A DNA stretch of 63,188 bases, filler included, from Ministeria vibrans ATCC 50519 (lineage: Eukaryota; Protista; Filasterea): the NCBI GenBank assembly GCA_943704425.1. It is 8 parts of 8 records of this genome, joined end to end, with 100 filler letters (N's around TTAATTAATTAA, not from the genome) between each part and the next. Parts side by side here need not be neighbours in the genome. Positions count along the whole stretch, not along the records: positions 1 to 22,631 come from CALSCP010000263.1; 7 more parts are not named here. One strand, 5' to 3'. The stretch's first letter is position 1. Each line of letters begins with the position of its first letter. Shown one piece after another: positions 1 through 12,000 of the stretch. A program made the translations under genes and the position numbers. A model generated the notes under the pieces. That model ran no database searches and was not told where the DNA came from. It saw only the letters and a program-made list of their open reading frames with translations.

Positions 1-51
1 CCCCCCCACCTCTCACCCCCTCTCCTCTCTCCCCTCCCTCGAATAAGCAGG

Positions 52-3000
52 ATGAGAAGTTGTAAATTTCTGCCGTTGACGCTCATATCATATCTTTATG
101 TGCTGCTGACGCTTCCAAGCTCAACAGCTGCGACCACCTGTGTCGAGGGCTACTGTCAAAATGGAGGCATGTGCCACTCGCAGGGCCTACCCAGCGCCTC
201 ACCTGTGTACACCCAAGTCCAAGGCGGTGCCACACACACGTATGTGCTGGCCTCGTCCGCGACAACCTGCTCTGCCGGTGCTACGCTGGTGGTTCGGGCA
301 ACAGGGGATTTCCGAGGATACGACCGCTATGTTACACTGGAGGCCGGCTCTTGGACCCATACCATTCGGGGCAATTCAGACGATGTTGCGGGCAGCACGG
401 TGCCCGCCGACAATCATTGTGCGCCTGTGGACCTGGTGCGTCACATCTCTCTGTCTCAGCAAGAAGTAAGTAAAGGAAGACGTTTGGCGCTTTTATGTGT
501 ATTTCACACCTTTGGTTTTTCCATTCTGCCTCGTAGGTCAATGCAATGGCCGGACATGCGTCAGCTCTCGGCGCCATCAACATGAAAATGTCTTTCTCGG
601 CCTCTGTTACCCCGTGCTCCGCCGCCAAAATCCAAGTGACGCTGACGCCACGCGTGTGCTGCGAGTGCACCGCTGGCTACTCTGGTTCTACGTGTGCCCT
701 GCACGGCTGTGCAACCCCCGAAACTCTCTGCGCCAATGGTGGTACATGTGCGTGCAGCGGCACGGTTTCTGTGCGCCTCTTGGGTGGCACTGGATTTCCT
801 ATCGGCGCTGACCCTTATACATTAATTTTGAACGGTGCAGTCGGATGGTTTTCCACAAAGACCTACTCCAATCTACCTGTTTCGGTATGTCACCCTAACC
901 CGCTTTTAAAGAGGAGAGTGAAAGAAAAAAATCAAGTGGCTGTGAAATCAAACTGAAATTCTTCTCTTAACCCCCCTGGGGTTGTGTGCACGTAGGACTT
1001 TACGTTTCCGGCTTCGGAGCACGTCTCGCTGCCAGCAAATTGTGCTGATACAATCTCAGTGGGTATTTTTGAGGTACGTCAAATTAAAATTACCTGTGGG
1101 AGTTTATTTATTGAGAGGATGTTTCTACATTTCTAGTGCCCTGGTACTGTGGCCTCGTGCAACCAAAAATATCAAGCCGGCTTGCCGCTCTACGGCATAT
1201 CCAAGACGGTGCTCTCAGAGTAAGAAGGAACTTTTTTTTCACGATCAATAATGAGAAGAATGAGGGCAGTATTTAATTATCATTAATAAATGGGTTGTAT
1301 TCTTCTTCTTCTAATTATTATTATCTAATAATTATTATTATTATTATAATTATTAATAATAATTATTTATTATTATACCTTAAACATTGCTGCCGGTATG
1401 ATAATAATAACGTCTTTATTATTATTTTTGTCGTTATGTTTATTGCCGCGTTATTATTATCAGTGTATTGTTTTAAAAAAAGTAACGGTGTCCAGTCTTT
1501 GAAAATAAATTAATAACGTCACGATAATTTTTTTACATTTTTTATTACAGCTATTTCAATGCGGAGATCAAGACAGTTGCGCTCAAAAATGGGGGTCAAG
1601 CGCGGTATGCAATAGCATTCACGGGCACAAGCACGAGTTGCTCGTGCAAGCCGGGCTACACAGGCACTCTGTGTCACACCAACATTGACGAGTGCGCGAG
1701 CCATCCGTGTGCCAACGGCGCCGCCTGTCACGACGGCGTCAACAGCTTTTCGTGTGCCTACTGCACCTCGTCACCCTGCACCAACGGTGGTTCCTGCATC
1801 GATGGACCCGACATTGCTCACGTGTGTACGTGCCCCACTGGGTTCACCGGCACGCGCTGCGAGATCAACATCAATGATTGTCGCTCTACGTCGTGTCTCA
1901 ACGGAGGCACCTGCGTCGACGGTATCAACGCGATGTCGTGTACGTGTTCCCCTGGCTTTGTTGGCGACACATGCGAGCACAACATCAACGACTGTCTGTC
2001 GGCACCGTGCTTGAACCAAGGCATGTGCAACGACGGCGCCAGCAGCTTCACCTGCTCCTGTGGCGTTGGATTCACTGGGCCTGTGTGTCAGACAATGATA
2101 AACATGTGCGCCTCTTTGCCGTGTCTCAACGGCGCAACATGCTTTCACGGCGCTGGCTTCTTCACGTGTGCGTGCCCCAAGGGCTTTGCGGGTGAGACCT
2201 GCGCCGACGTCTACCGCTCAAGGTTGTGCGAGGATCTCAAGCCGTGTCTCAACGGAGGTACATGTACGGATGGTGTCGACAGCTACTCGTGCGCCTGTGC
2301 GGCAGGTTTCACGGGCACTGCCTGTAGCACGCTCGATGAGTCCTGCTCGTGCACTGTGCGAGTCACACTTGTGAATGGAAGTGGGTTTTCAAACGGAGTC
2401 AATCCGTATGCCGTTGTCTACTTGAATGGTGTGCACAAGTACACTTCGTGGGAGTATGCCAACGTTCCAGGAGTAAGACAACAATGATCAACAATCAAAT
2501 CTCATAAGTTTTTACTCATCTCGATTTCTCATTGTTTTTGTTTTAAAGTCATTCACTGCACGGTCGGACGACACTGCTTCCTTTGCGGCTTCGTGCGGCG
2601 ACTCGCTAAGCATCAAGTTCTACGAGTGCAATGAGCTGTCGTGCGACCATCACCATTATGCTTCGTCTTCCTTCTTCGGCGCAACCACCGTCACGCTCAA
2701 GCGGTAACTAGCTCGCAGTGTATCAGCGTGTTGTTGTGTGGTAGTAGTGGTGGTGGTGGTCGTAGAACGTAGAAGAGGACGAGGTGTGGGGCAAGAACTT
2801 GTTTTGTTGAATTACTTTTCCCGTTGCAGACCCTTTACGAGCGCAAAAACGCACACAACTCCCCTGAAAGACTCGAGCCAAGTCACGTTCACCTACGACT
2901 TCTCGCAGTGCATCAGTGTCGGGCGTCGCGACGTGCCACCTGCAGTGCTGGAGCGCAACGAGCGAGCCGTCGACATGACCAGCAAGATTCATTGCCACAG

Positions 3001-6000
3001 TCTGCCTGCTGGATTTGCATATGGCGAGGGACAATCGATGTGTGACGACAAGATGGTCGGTTGCTCGTATGGCCACTTCTACCAGGTGTCTACATCGACG
3101 CAAAAAGCGACTCTGACAACACCGCGCGGTGCCGATGTGTCCATCGGCCTGTTCGAAGCGACCCTGAACAAAGTTGCGGAGTTTGCTGGCAAACTCGGCA
3201 CACCCAGCGTTGAGACTTACCTGCTCGTATGCAAGACTGGACTCGTCGCCAAGTATAACTTGCTTTTTGTTGGTGACAAGTCGAACCAAGCGGTGTCAGC
3301 GTCCACGTTCGAGAACAAGTGCAACGAAATGGGGAACACGACGTCGTACAACATCTTTGGCACGTACACCTTGCAGTCCATTGTCAAGCTTCCAACAAAG
3401 CATTCATACACTTGCTCTGTGCCGGAATTTTACGACAACCAAATGCAAGTATTTGCGAGCATTTCAGCTGGTTTTGCGAAATGTCATTTCACGGTGCCGT
3501 TGGTCGCATCGAATGGATTGCGCGCCGACATGAAATTTCTGTTCCCTCCGGGCCTGGCATTCACGTTTAGCCCAGGCTTCTCCATTGGCAATGCTGTTCA
3601 CGGTGGCATGGGTGGAGCGCTCGGCAACTGCAACACTTGTGGCTCTATCAACATGATTGTGTTTTATGTGAGGCGACAATGTGGTCCATCGCGTTCGTAC
3701 TGACCATTGCTAATGCATCTCCCTTTTTCAAATTTATATAGAGTGACGATGGAGCCGTTATGCCTTATTCGATTGCGCAGTATTTTGCTGACCGAAAAGT
3801 CAAAAAGAACACGCTGGTGACGACCGGAACACCAACCTCTGTGATGGGCAAGGCCGAGCGTCTGCTGTACGAGGATGTAGTGCTCTCGGTGAAGAAGATG
3901 ATGTCGCCATGTCGTGTGCATTACAATCTGTTCTTCGAGTTTGGCAGTATGAAACCAGCATGACACAAATGATGCGATGGTCTCTTTTTATGCCATTCTT
4001 TCACGTAGTTGCCGATACGGCGCTTGACAATACGAATGCAATTGCCGGCAGTTTCAACGACGGTGCCTTCAAAGGTTTAAACACAAATGGATTGATGAAC
4101 TACTGACTTTGTGAGGCTGTTTTGTACATACTTTCACCTATACTCTCTCTCTATCACTTTATTCCTCTCTAACTCTCTCTTCTATCTCTTCTCTCTCTCT
4201 CTCTTGTCTCTCTGGTTTGAACTGCCTCTCTTTCTCTGTCTTTCTCACATTTCCCCCTCCTCCCCTCTCTTTCTCCTTCTTTCTTTCCCTTCTATCCCTT
4301 TTGCCCACCCTCTTGCTCTCTCCCTCTCTATCTCTCTTTGTTTATTTTCCTCTCTCTTCCCAACTCCTTCTTTATTAGGAAGCGTCATGAACACCGTCGT
4401 TCGTTTTCAAATTGTCAATCCCTTTAACATGGCTGCGCCTGCTCGTGACACATGCGCAAAGGCGAGCGAATACCGACAAGAATGATCAATTGAACTGACA
4501 AGTGACGCATAAAATTGTAGATTCTCACTATGCCATACATTGGTCGTTACCGCTATGCACTCGTTCCCAAGCGCAGTTTCCATCTTGAGCTCACTTTTCG
4601 GTTCAAAATTGATGCACAGGGAGCTGGTGCGCAAAATTCGGTTGTAATTGAGGTAACATATATAATTGAATAATAACAATGATTGCACACCTAGATTTTG
4701 CTTTTGTGTCTCAAACTTGCACACCCACACACTAAGACTATTTTTTGTAGGTTGGTGTGGCGGTACAATCACAGAGCCAATTTCTTGAGAATTTTGTTTC
4801 CAAGAAGCGAAACAAACCAGCGAGCAACTACGAATCAGTGGCGCGCAATCAATTGTGTCGCATGTTTATTAACAGCGGGTAAGATTCCGAGAGAAAGAAA
4901 CTTCAAAGTAGGGGCTATGTAGCAATGTTGGTCTGGGTTGATGCAATTAAATGTGATGCGTTTACTCGACGGCCGCTCTTCCCTTCTGAATTTCTAACAT
5001 TCTTTTCCCCATCACTTTTACAGTTGCGGCGGGGACCTGACGAACTGCGCTCGTTACAAGAACCCGCAGAACGAGAAGTACTTTGTTGGCGCCCAGAGTG
5101 TGCGTGCAGGCACAGCCACTCCAGACATGTCTTGCAAGCCTGGATTTGGCGCAGACAAGTCTCTTGGAGCGGCGCAGGCTAGTGGAGCAATGCGGACGCC
5201 TAACACTGGTGTCAGTTTGGCCTTCTTTGCGCGCTTTCCCGAGATGTCTTTTCGCCATTTTCTCTGTCTGGCAAAGAAAGTTGGATGGAACTGTCAGTTG
5301 GATTTGGGACACAGCTTTTTTGACGCGTTTCTCGACTTGAAGCTCACTGCTTCGCCTTTGGCTCACAATAAGATGTCGCTGATGTCGGCGTCGCTTAATG
5401 GCGGCTTGGGCTTTAAGATGGGTCCGACAGTGTCTGTTTTCATGACCTTCAACCCACGTCGTGTGTTCCTTCGCCTCGAAGCCCTGTTCAAATGGCCAGT
5501 ACTACCAATGCCGCTGTGCCCAGTCGATATCAACATCGAGATTAAGAGCAACAAAGTGCACTCAGCCCCACAACGTCGAGCTCTGGGCGGCATGAATCTA
5601 GTGTTTGGCATGACGATGGCGAACACGACACTGTTCGAAGCGGCGTCTGCGCTCGGTATTTCTGGTCTGGCTGATGCACTGGACACCGCTGGGTTTGGGT
5701 CTGTTTGCTTGCAGATTGGCGTGGCCATCTCGATGCAACGCGTTCTGGCGGCGTCGGCGCCGCATCTGCTGCCCAACGACGGCCTCTTTGATGGCATTCC
5801 TGTCATTGGTCAAGGTATCACGTTGGTCGCCAAGCTCACGCTGCCCAAGCCGTGCCCGCCGTCGAGCAAAGTGTGTGAGTTTATGGAGCGCACCCTTCAG
5901 GTAGGCACCGACGTGTACCTGACGGCAACCGTTCTGTTTGGTCTGCACAAAAAGGTATGAATGACAATTTTTATGAGATTATGTCTGTAGAATTCTTCCA

Positions 6001-9000
6001 ATGACCATTGCATGATTAATTGTTAGGGCTTTGGACTGGCACTCGGTAACATTGTGGTGTCGCGCGACGAGTGTTTGCAGTCTGGACAACCGCTTGCGCG
6101 ACCCAAGACGACCCTGAGCAGTGTGGGCCTGTACATTGGCATGGGTGTGACCAAGGAGATTTCCTTTTCGCTCGAGATGAAGCTCGATGTCAGCGGTCTA
6201 AACAAGAACCGACGTTCATTCGACTCTTGCTTTCCCCAAGAGGTGAGGAGTGACCCGCTTGGTTGAGACCACTTTATAATTTTTTATTTTTATTTTTTAT
6301 TCAGTTTATTTACCTGCAAGGTGCCGTGTCTGTTGTTCAGAAACAGACCGTGACGACATTCACCCTCTCCGTCACAATGACTGGCATATGGAGTGGCGCC
6401 TTTGGCCTTCCTCGACTCAACGTTGGCAACTTGCTGCTTGAAATGTCAATGAATCTGCAAAAACCCGGGTTTCCAGGTAGGAGGGGGAGATTGTTGCAAG
6501 AATAGGGAAAAGCGCAGATTTGTTGTGCACAAATGACAAATGACTGTATGAATTGAATATCTGTAGCATTTCGAATTGGCGGTGCGGTGCGCTACGGTGT
6601 CAACTGTACGGTGACGGGCAGTGGTGGAGCAGTAGCAACGTGGAACAATGCGGCCACTGCGAAGTGCATTGGTGGAGAGATGTATCTCGGATACAGCCCG
6701 AGCAACCCCAGCGACAACGTACGAGCAACGCCCTACTATCCTGTCTTCTTATGTTCTTTCCCTTACTCCATTGCTCCTTAGTTCTTCTATGGTGGCCTCT
6801 ACGGGTTTACTGTGCGCGACATCATTGAGGCAACTGCCCAGACACCTCAAGCAGCAGAGATGATGATTGCTGACCTGCCAGAAGGTACACGAGAATGTCG
6901 AATAATTTTCTCATCTTTCTGTTTTATTGTTACTTTCTTTGAACTCTCTTTGTAGATTTGCTCATGTCTGGTTTCCCCAAAGTACCGACTGTGGTGAAGA
7001 ATGGTGTTCAGCACTACGGAGCAAACCCTGAGATTGCTTTCTGCATGCAGCCTATGGGTTGCTTTGTCCCTGGCAAGCCGCCGGTGAGTACTATAAGAAA
7101 GAGAGACACGGGGGGGGGGNNNNNNNNNNGGGGGGGGGGTGAATTGTCCCTCTGTTTCATTTGAAATAACAAAGAAAGCGTGTGTGATTTGCAATTCATT
7201 CTTCCTCTCTCTCTTCTCTGATCCAGATTTCAATGGGCCTCAAGTTCTACGGCCTACTTGATATTATGGGAGTGAAAGCGGGTGCAGACGTTACCATCTC
7301 GCCGGCAACAAACCCTGCTGTGTTTCGCTTCAAGGTAAAAATAAACGACTTGTTTCATACTTAATAGAATCAATGGTGAATCAAACTTTTTTTTTTGGCA
7401 GTTTTGGCTGAACGAGCCAGTCAGACTGGGGGGAGGGGTGACGCTGGCGCGTACGTGTGATGCGGGCGAGCAGCGTGGTCCATGGTTCTACGCGGGTCTC
7501 AGCTTCAACTACATGCCACCCACAGTGGAAGAGCTTTATGTCAACATTAGTGCGGCGGGTGCGTTCTTTGGCCTCTGCACATCGGTTGTGGTCAATGTTA
7601 ACAAGACGAACACCCTCATTGAAATTGACGGGTTCCCATTCTTTTGGGTACTCACTTCCTATGTGCGTATCACTGCCGCCTATGCTTCCGTGGAGAATGC
7701 TAGCTTTGCGGCACTTTTCCAGGTCACAGGTGAGAAACTATCCGCGGCGCTCACGGCTGTGAGAGAGGCACTGGTAGAAAGATCCAAGGCGTTCAACAAG
7801 GCTATGGAGCAGGCCAAAGGCGACTGTGCGCAGGTATTTCTTTTACTTTATTTTGCATGTTGCTGTTTGAGCCGAAAAGTATAATATCGGGTTTGGTGTA
7901 GTTCTTTGAAGATGTTGGAACGACGGTTGTGGAAGCTGTCACGTTTATCGGAGAGGGCCTTCAGAAGGTTGGCCAAGCGATTGCGGCTGCCGTTCAATAC
8001 GTTGCACTAAAGGTACTTGAGAGTTGAGACTCTATCTCGATTTTGGTCATGCAAGTCGTATGTCTCCTTGTTGATAATACTATTATTTTCATCTGTAGCT
8101 GTCACAATTTGGTTCGGACGTTGCAGAGGCTTTTAGCAAGGCGGCAAGCGAGATTGAGGCGGCCATTTTGAATGGCGATTTTGCTGCTCTTGGGCGTGCT
8201 ATTGGCAAGTTGGCTCAGCGTCTGCTTGCTGCCGCACTCAAACTCGTCGATGCCTCGTGCTCGGCCAAGTATAAGTAAGTGGGCATGTGTAAGTCTGTGT
8301 GGTCAGAAGACACTGAATCTCCATGTTTCTTGTCTTTTTTTTTTCAAAAAAGCTATGTGGAGGTGTGTAGACAACGCAATGCAAAGTTGAACACGGCCCT
8401 TACAACGTACAAGCGTGACGTGGACCTTCAGATTGGCGCCCTGAAGGACTTCAACGCGCGCTACATTGCTGTAGCCAAGCAAGTGCGAGATGATTTGTCG
8501 GCCTTTGCAAAGCTGCAGACATTCACATGTGATGGCGCGTGTAAGCTCACCAAGCTGGATGAGATCGAGGTGCGTGCAGCCGGCATGACAGAGTTCATTT
8601 CCAAATTCGCCACGCTAAAAAAGATATGGCTCAGTCGTCTCGAGACGGACATTGCCTCGGTGGCGTCGTTTGTGAAGGCGCGGGCAAGCCGCCGCCGTGA
8701 AATGGTGCAGATCATGACTGGAACCGCTGATGCGTCTCCTTTGAACGTTGCTCAGGCGGCGAGTCCCCATGAGCTGACGCTGGACGAGCAAGTCGATTGG
8801 GCCTTGCATGCCGTCTTTGGCGATGACCTGCGTCGTGTGCCGACGAGAGTGCACTCGGAGGTGACACGCGTGATTCGTGCACGGCGGCTTGGCAAGCGCT
8901 GGTCTTCGCTTGTCTCGGCTGTCTCGTCTGCAACCAAGGCTGTGGCAAAGGTCGTTGCCAAGGTGATTGATGCGGTGCTCGACTGCGACGAGAAGCTCAC

Positions 9001-12000
9001 CAACGATCGCCGCATATGCGACCTTGGCATGCAGGAGGTAAGAGTGGGTGGGGTCTGGAGCTAGTGGAGGAACGACAAGATTGAGGAATTTTTTTTTTTT
9101 TTTTGGATTTTTTTAAGACTGCGCGTCAGAAACTGGAAGCACTGCGTGAGGCGTTGTCGGTGATTGAAATGACGGCACTGGGTCAGGCCGGGGATAACAA
9201 TGAGTATCCGCACCGAATTCTCCTGGACGAGATTGCGTATGCGCGACGCCTCGAGCTCACCTCAATGTTTAAAGCGCATCCTGTTCACTCGAAGGTACAA
9301 CCATTTTCGTGTTGTGGCCCGTGATGAATCCACACTCTTAATTATTTTAGGCGGCCGTGTTTGCTGATCGCCGCCAGAAGGAGTATCTGCGCGAGCGTTT
9401 TACTGTGACTGGCAAGGCATGTGTGCCATTTATGTTTCAGAACCATCGCTTTGAAGGCTGTACGACGCTTGGCCGCGAGTTTGAGTGGTGCGCGATCAGC
9501 GTGATATCGACGACGGGCATTGTAAAGGAGTGGGAACGGTGCGTGACAACGTGGGCTTTTGATGAGATTAAGATTGTGTCCAAGGAGTCCACGGGACTTC
9601 GTGATTTTCGCTTGTTTGACGAGTCGTTTGCGCCGTTCAGCCACGCTACCCTTGGCACATCCGTCTTGTCTGGGGCGACCGGGAACGTTATTGATGGGCA
9701 CTTGTCAACGAACTCACCCCTGGTCGGCACTCAAACGGTCGTCCATGTTCATTTTGACAATCCAATTCCCGTATTGGCCATCGCCCTCAGCTCGACAACA
9801 GCGACGGCATGGAGGATTTTAGGGCGCGTCCATAATCAGTGCAGCAACGGCCACGGCAGTTGGCATACAATTTTGGACGAGTGGAACCCGCGGCGCTTTC
9901 ACCCGGCCACGGGGCTCACCGACTCTGCGCTGGGCAACACGCCGATTGTAAGCCTGACGGCACCCTCGTGGGCAGGCCTGAACAGAGTGGTGGCGATGAG
10001 TGTGACAATTATTGAGGGCGAGCAGGACGCGCAGACGGCGACCATCTCGGAGTTACGCTTCAGGCGCGGCAGCAAGGTGGTCAATGTGCTGGCGGCGCAA
10101 CCAACCCACCAGGTGGCCAGCAGTGCCAATATTTCACCGTCGCAGTGTGTGCACTCTTTACTTGATGACAGTACAACGACATCGTGTGGCTTTGCCAGTG
10201 TCGAGTTTTCGTTGCAGCAGCCAGTGCGCGTGACGAACGTTGAGGTGGTCTCGACTGCGGGACAACGGCCGGTCCGTTGGTCGATTTGGGGTCGGCTCGA
10301 GGACACATGTGAGTGGGTACCAATGCTGGAGTTGACCCAGTCCGAGTCGGGCGACCCTAAGACCGGACTGCTGACGTGGACTTCGCGTACGTTCAAATTT
10401 GGTGGCTACTTTGCGTCAGTGGTAGCGGGCAAGTTGACTGATGCAATTTCGCTCGCGCCCGTTGCGGATGGCTTTGTGGGAGTGCGCAATAGCGGTACTC
10501 CGTGGGGCTGGTACGGTAGCGACCAGTCGTTGGCAACCAAGACCTACAGTGATGGCGGTCGTCGTGTGGTGTACCTTGAGTTTGACTTGAGCACCGTGTC
10601 GTCCTGCGAAAGTGCTACTTTGTCATTGTGGGCGAAGGTGCGTGCAAGTGGAAAAGACTCTGAGGTTGTGGCGGTGTCACCGAGCGCGCACGATTGGCGT
10701 GCGTCCGAGACGGTATCGCCGGGTCCATTTTTCGCTGTGACGCTCGGTGCGGTGGTGTGCAAGTTGAGCATGAGTGGTGTGAAACGCTACACATCATGCT
10801 CGGTCTCGTCGGCGGTGTGTCGAGCAATTGAAAGAGGCGACAAGTCGATTACTTTTGCCGTACGCGCGTCATATGCGACAAATGCCGATGTATTTTCGTC
10901 GCGTGAAGATGAAGCACATGCGCCCAAGCTGGCAGTGATGCCGAGGTTTGTGAGCAATGACACAACAGTCACCATTCCTGATCCGCGTCGTGGCTTTACC
11001 TTTTTTGCTTGGGCGGCATTGCCAGGCGATCAGCGAGCATTGTGTCGATTGCCGTCTGTCACGGCTGGCGTGGTGTTGGGCGAAACCACGATGAAGATTG
11101 GTGCGGATCGTGGCGCAATCAACATGATGGACGAGGCGTGCACGCAACGAAGTTGTGAGCTTGCAGCTGTGCGGGTGTTGCTGTTGTGTGACGGACGAGT
11201 GGCGGTCGAGATGGAGCAGCGCAATTGTGCGCGCCGACGAGCCGTCGTGTCCGCCGACTCGACGGCTGTGCTGCGGCTTGACGGCTGGCGCTTGAGCACG
11301 TGGAATCACTTTGGCGTGATTGTAGAGCCGGAGGCGTTGAGCTTTCGCTTTTTTATCAATGGTGTGGCGTCGGGTGTGGGCGTGTATAACTTCAACGCTG
11401 TGGTCGAACCGGATCTGTTTGCGAGCGAGCCTGCGCCATCTGGTATGGTGTTTCGCGCGCGTGGTTATGGTCGTGCACTACCTGCGCTGTTGTTGCACAC
11501 GCTGGTCGGACACACACAGCCCTCATCGGTGGGACACGTGGGTGACGTGTGCCGTGAGAATGGCAAGCAGCGAGCACTGTGTGTGGAGCTCTCGACGTGC
11601 TCATGGCAGCAAGAAACTGTGACTCGATGTCGCCAGACGTGTTTGTACTCAGGGGACGAACTGGATCCGAATGGCTACTGCAAGCACTACGAGAGGGTGT
11701 GTATTTTGTGGGAGGATGAATGAGAGAAAAACAGAGAGCTGAAGATGCCTTTTTTTGTTTTGTAGAATCGCCCGTTGGGTGCAGTGTGTTCAAAAACGAG
11801 CGAGTGCGCCTCGGAGGCGTGTGTGATGCCTTCGCGCACGACCACCATGGGCCATTGTGGCGTGAGGATGGGCGGTAGCGGTTGCTCGACGAGTGTCCCT
11901 TGTCAGGGTGTCGCCTTCAATCAAGCGACGTACGCGGAAGTGTGTTGTTGTGGAGATGACTACTGATATACATTTTTTGAATGTGTTTATAGTTGTGTAC

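Noticed and set aside
1630-2340. Notch/Delta/Crumbs ortholog
   Set aside because: Only generic Ca-EGF repeats are present. The spliced gene has no LNR, DSL, TM or ankyrin region.
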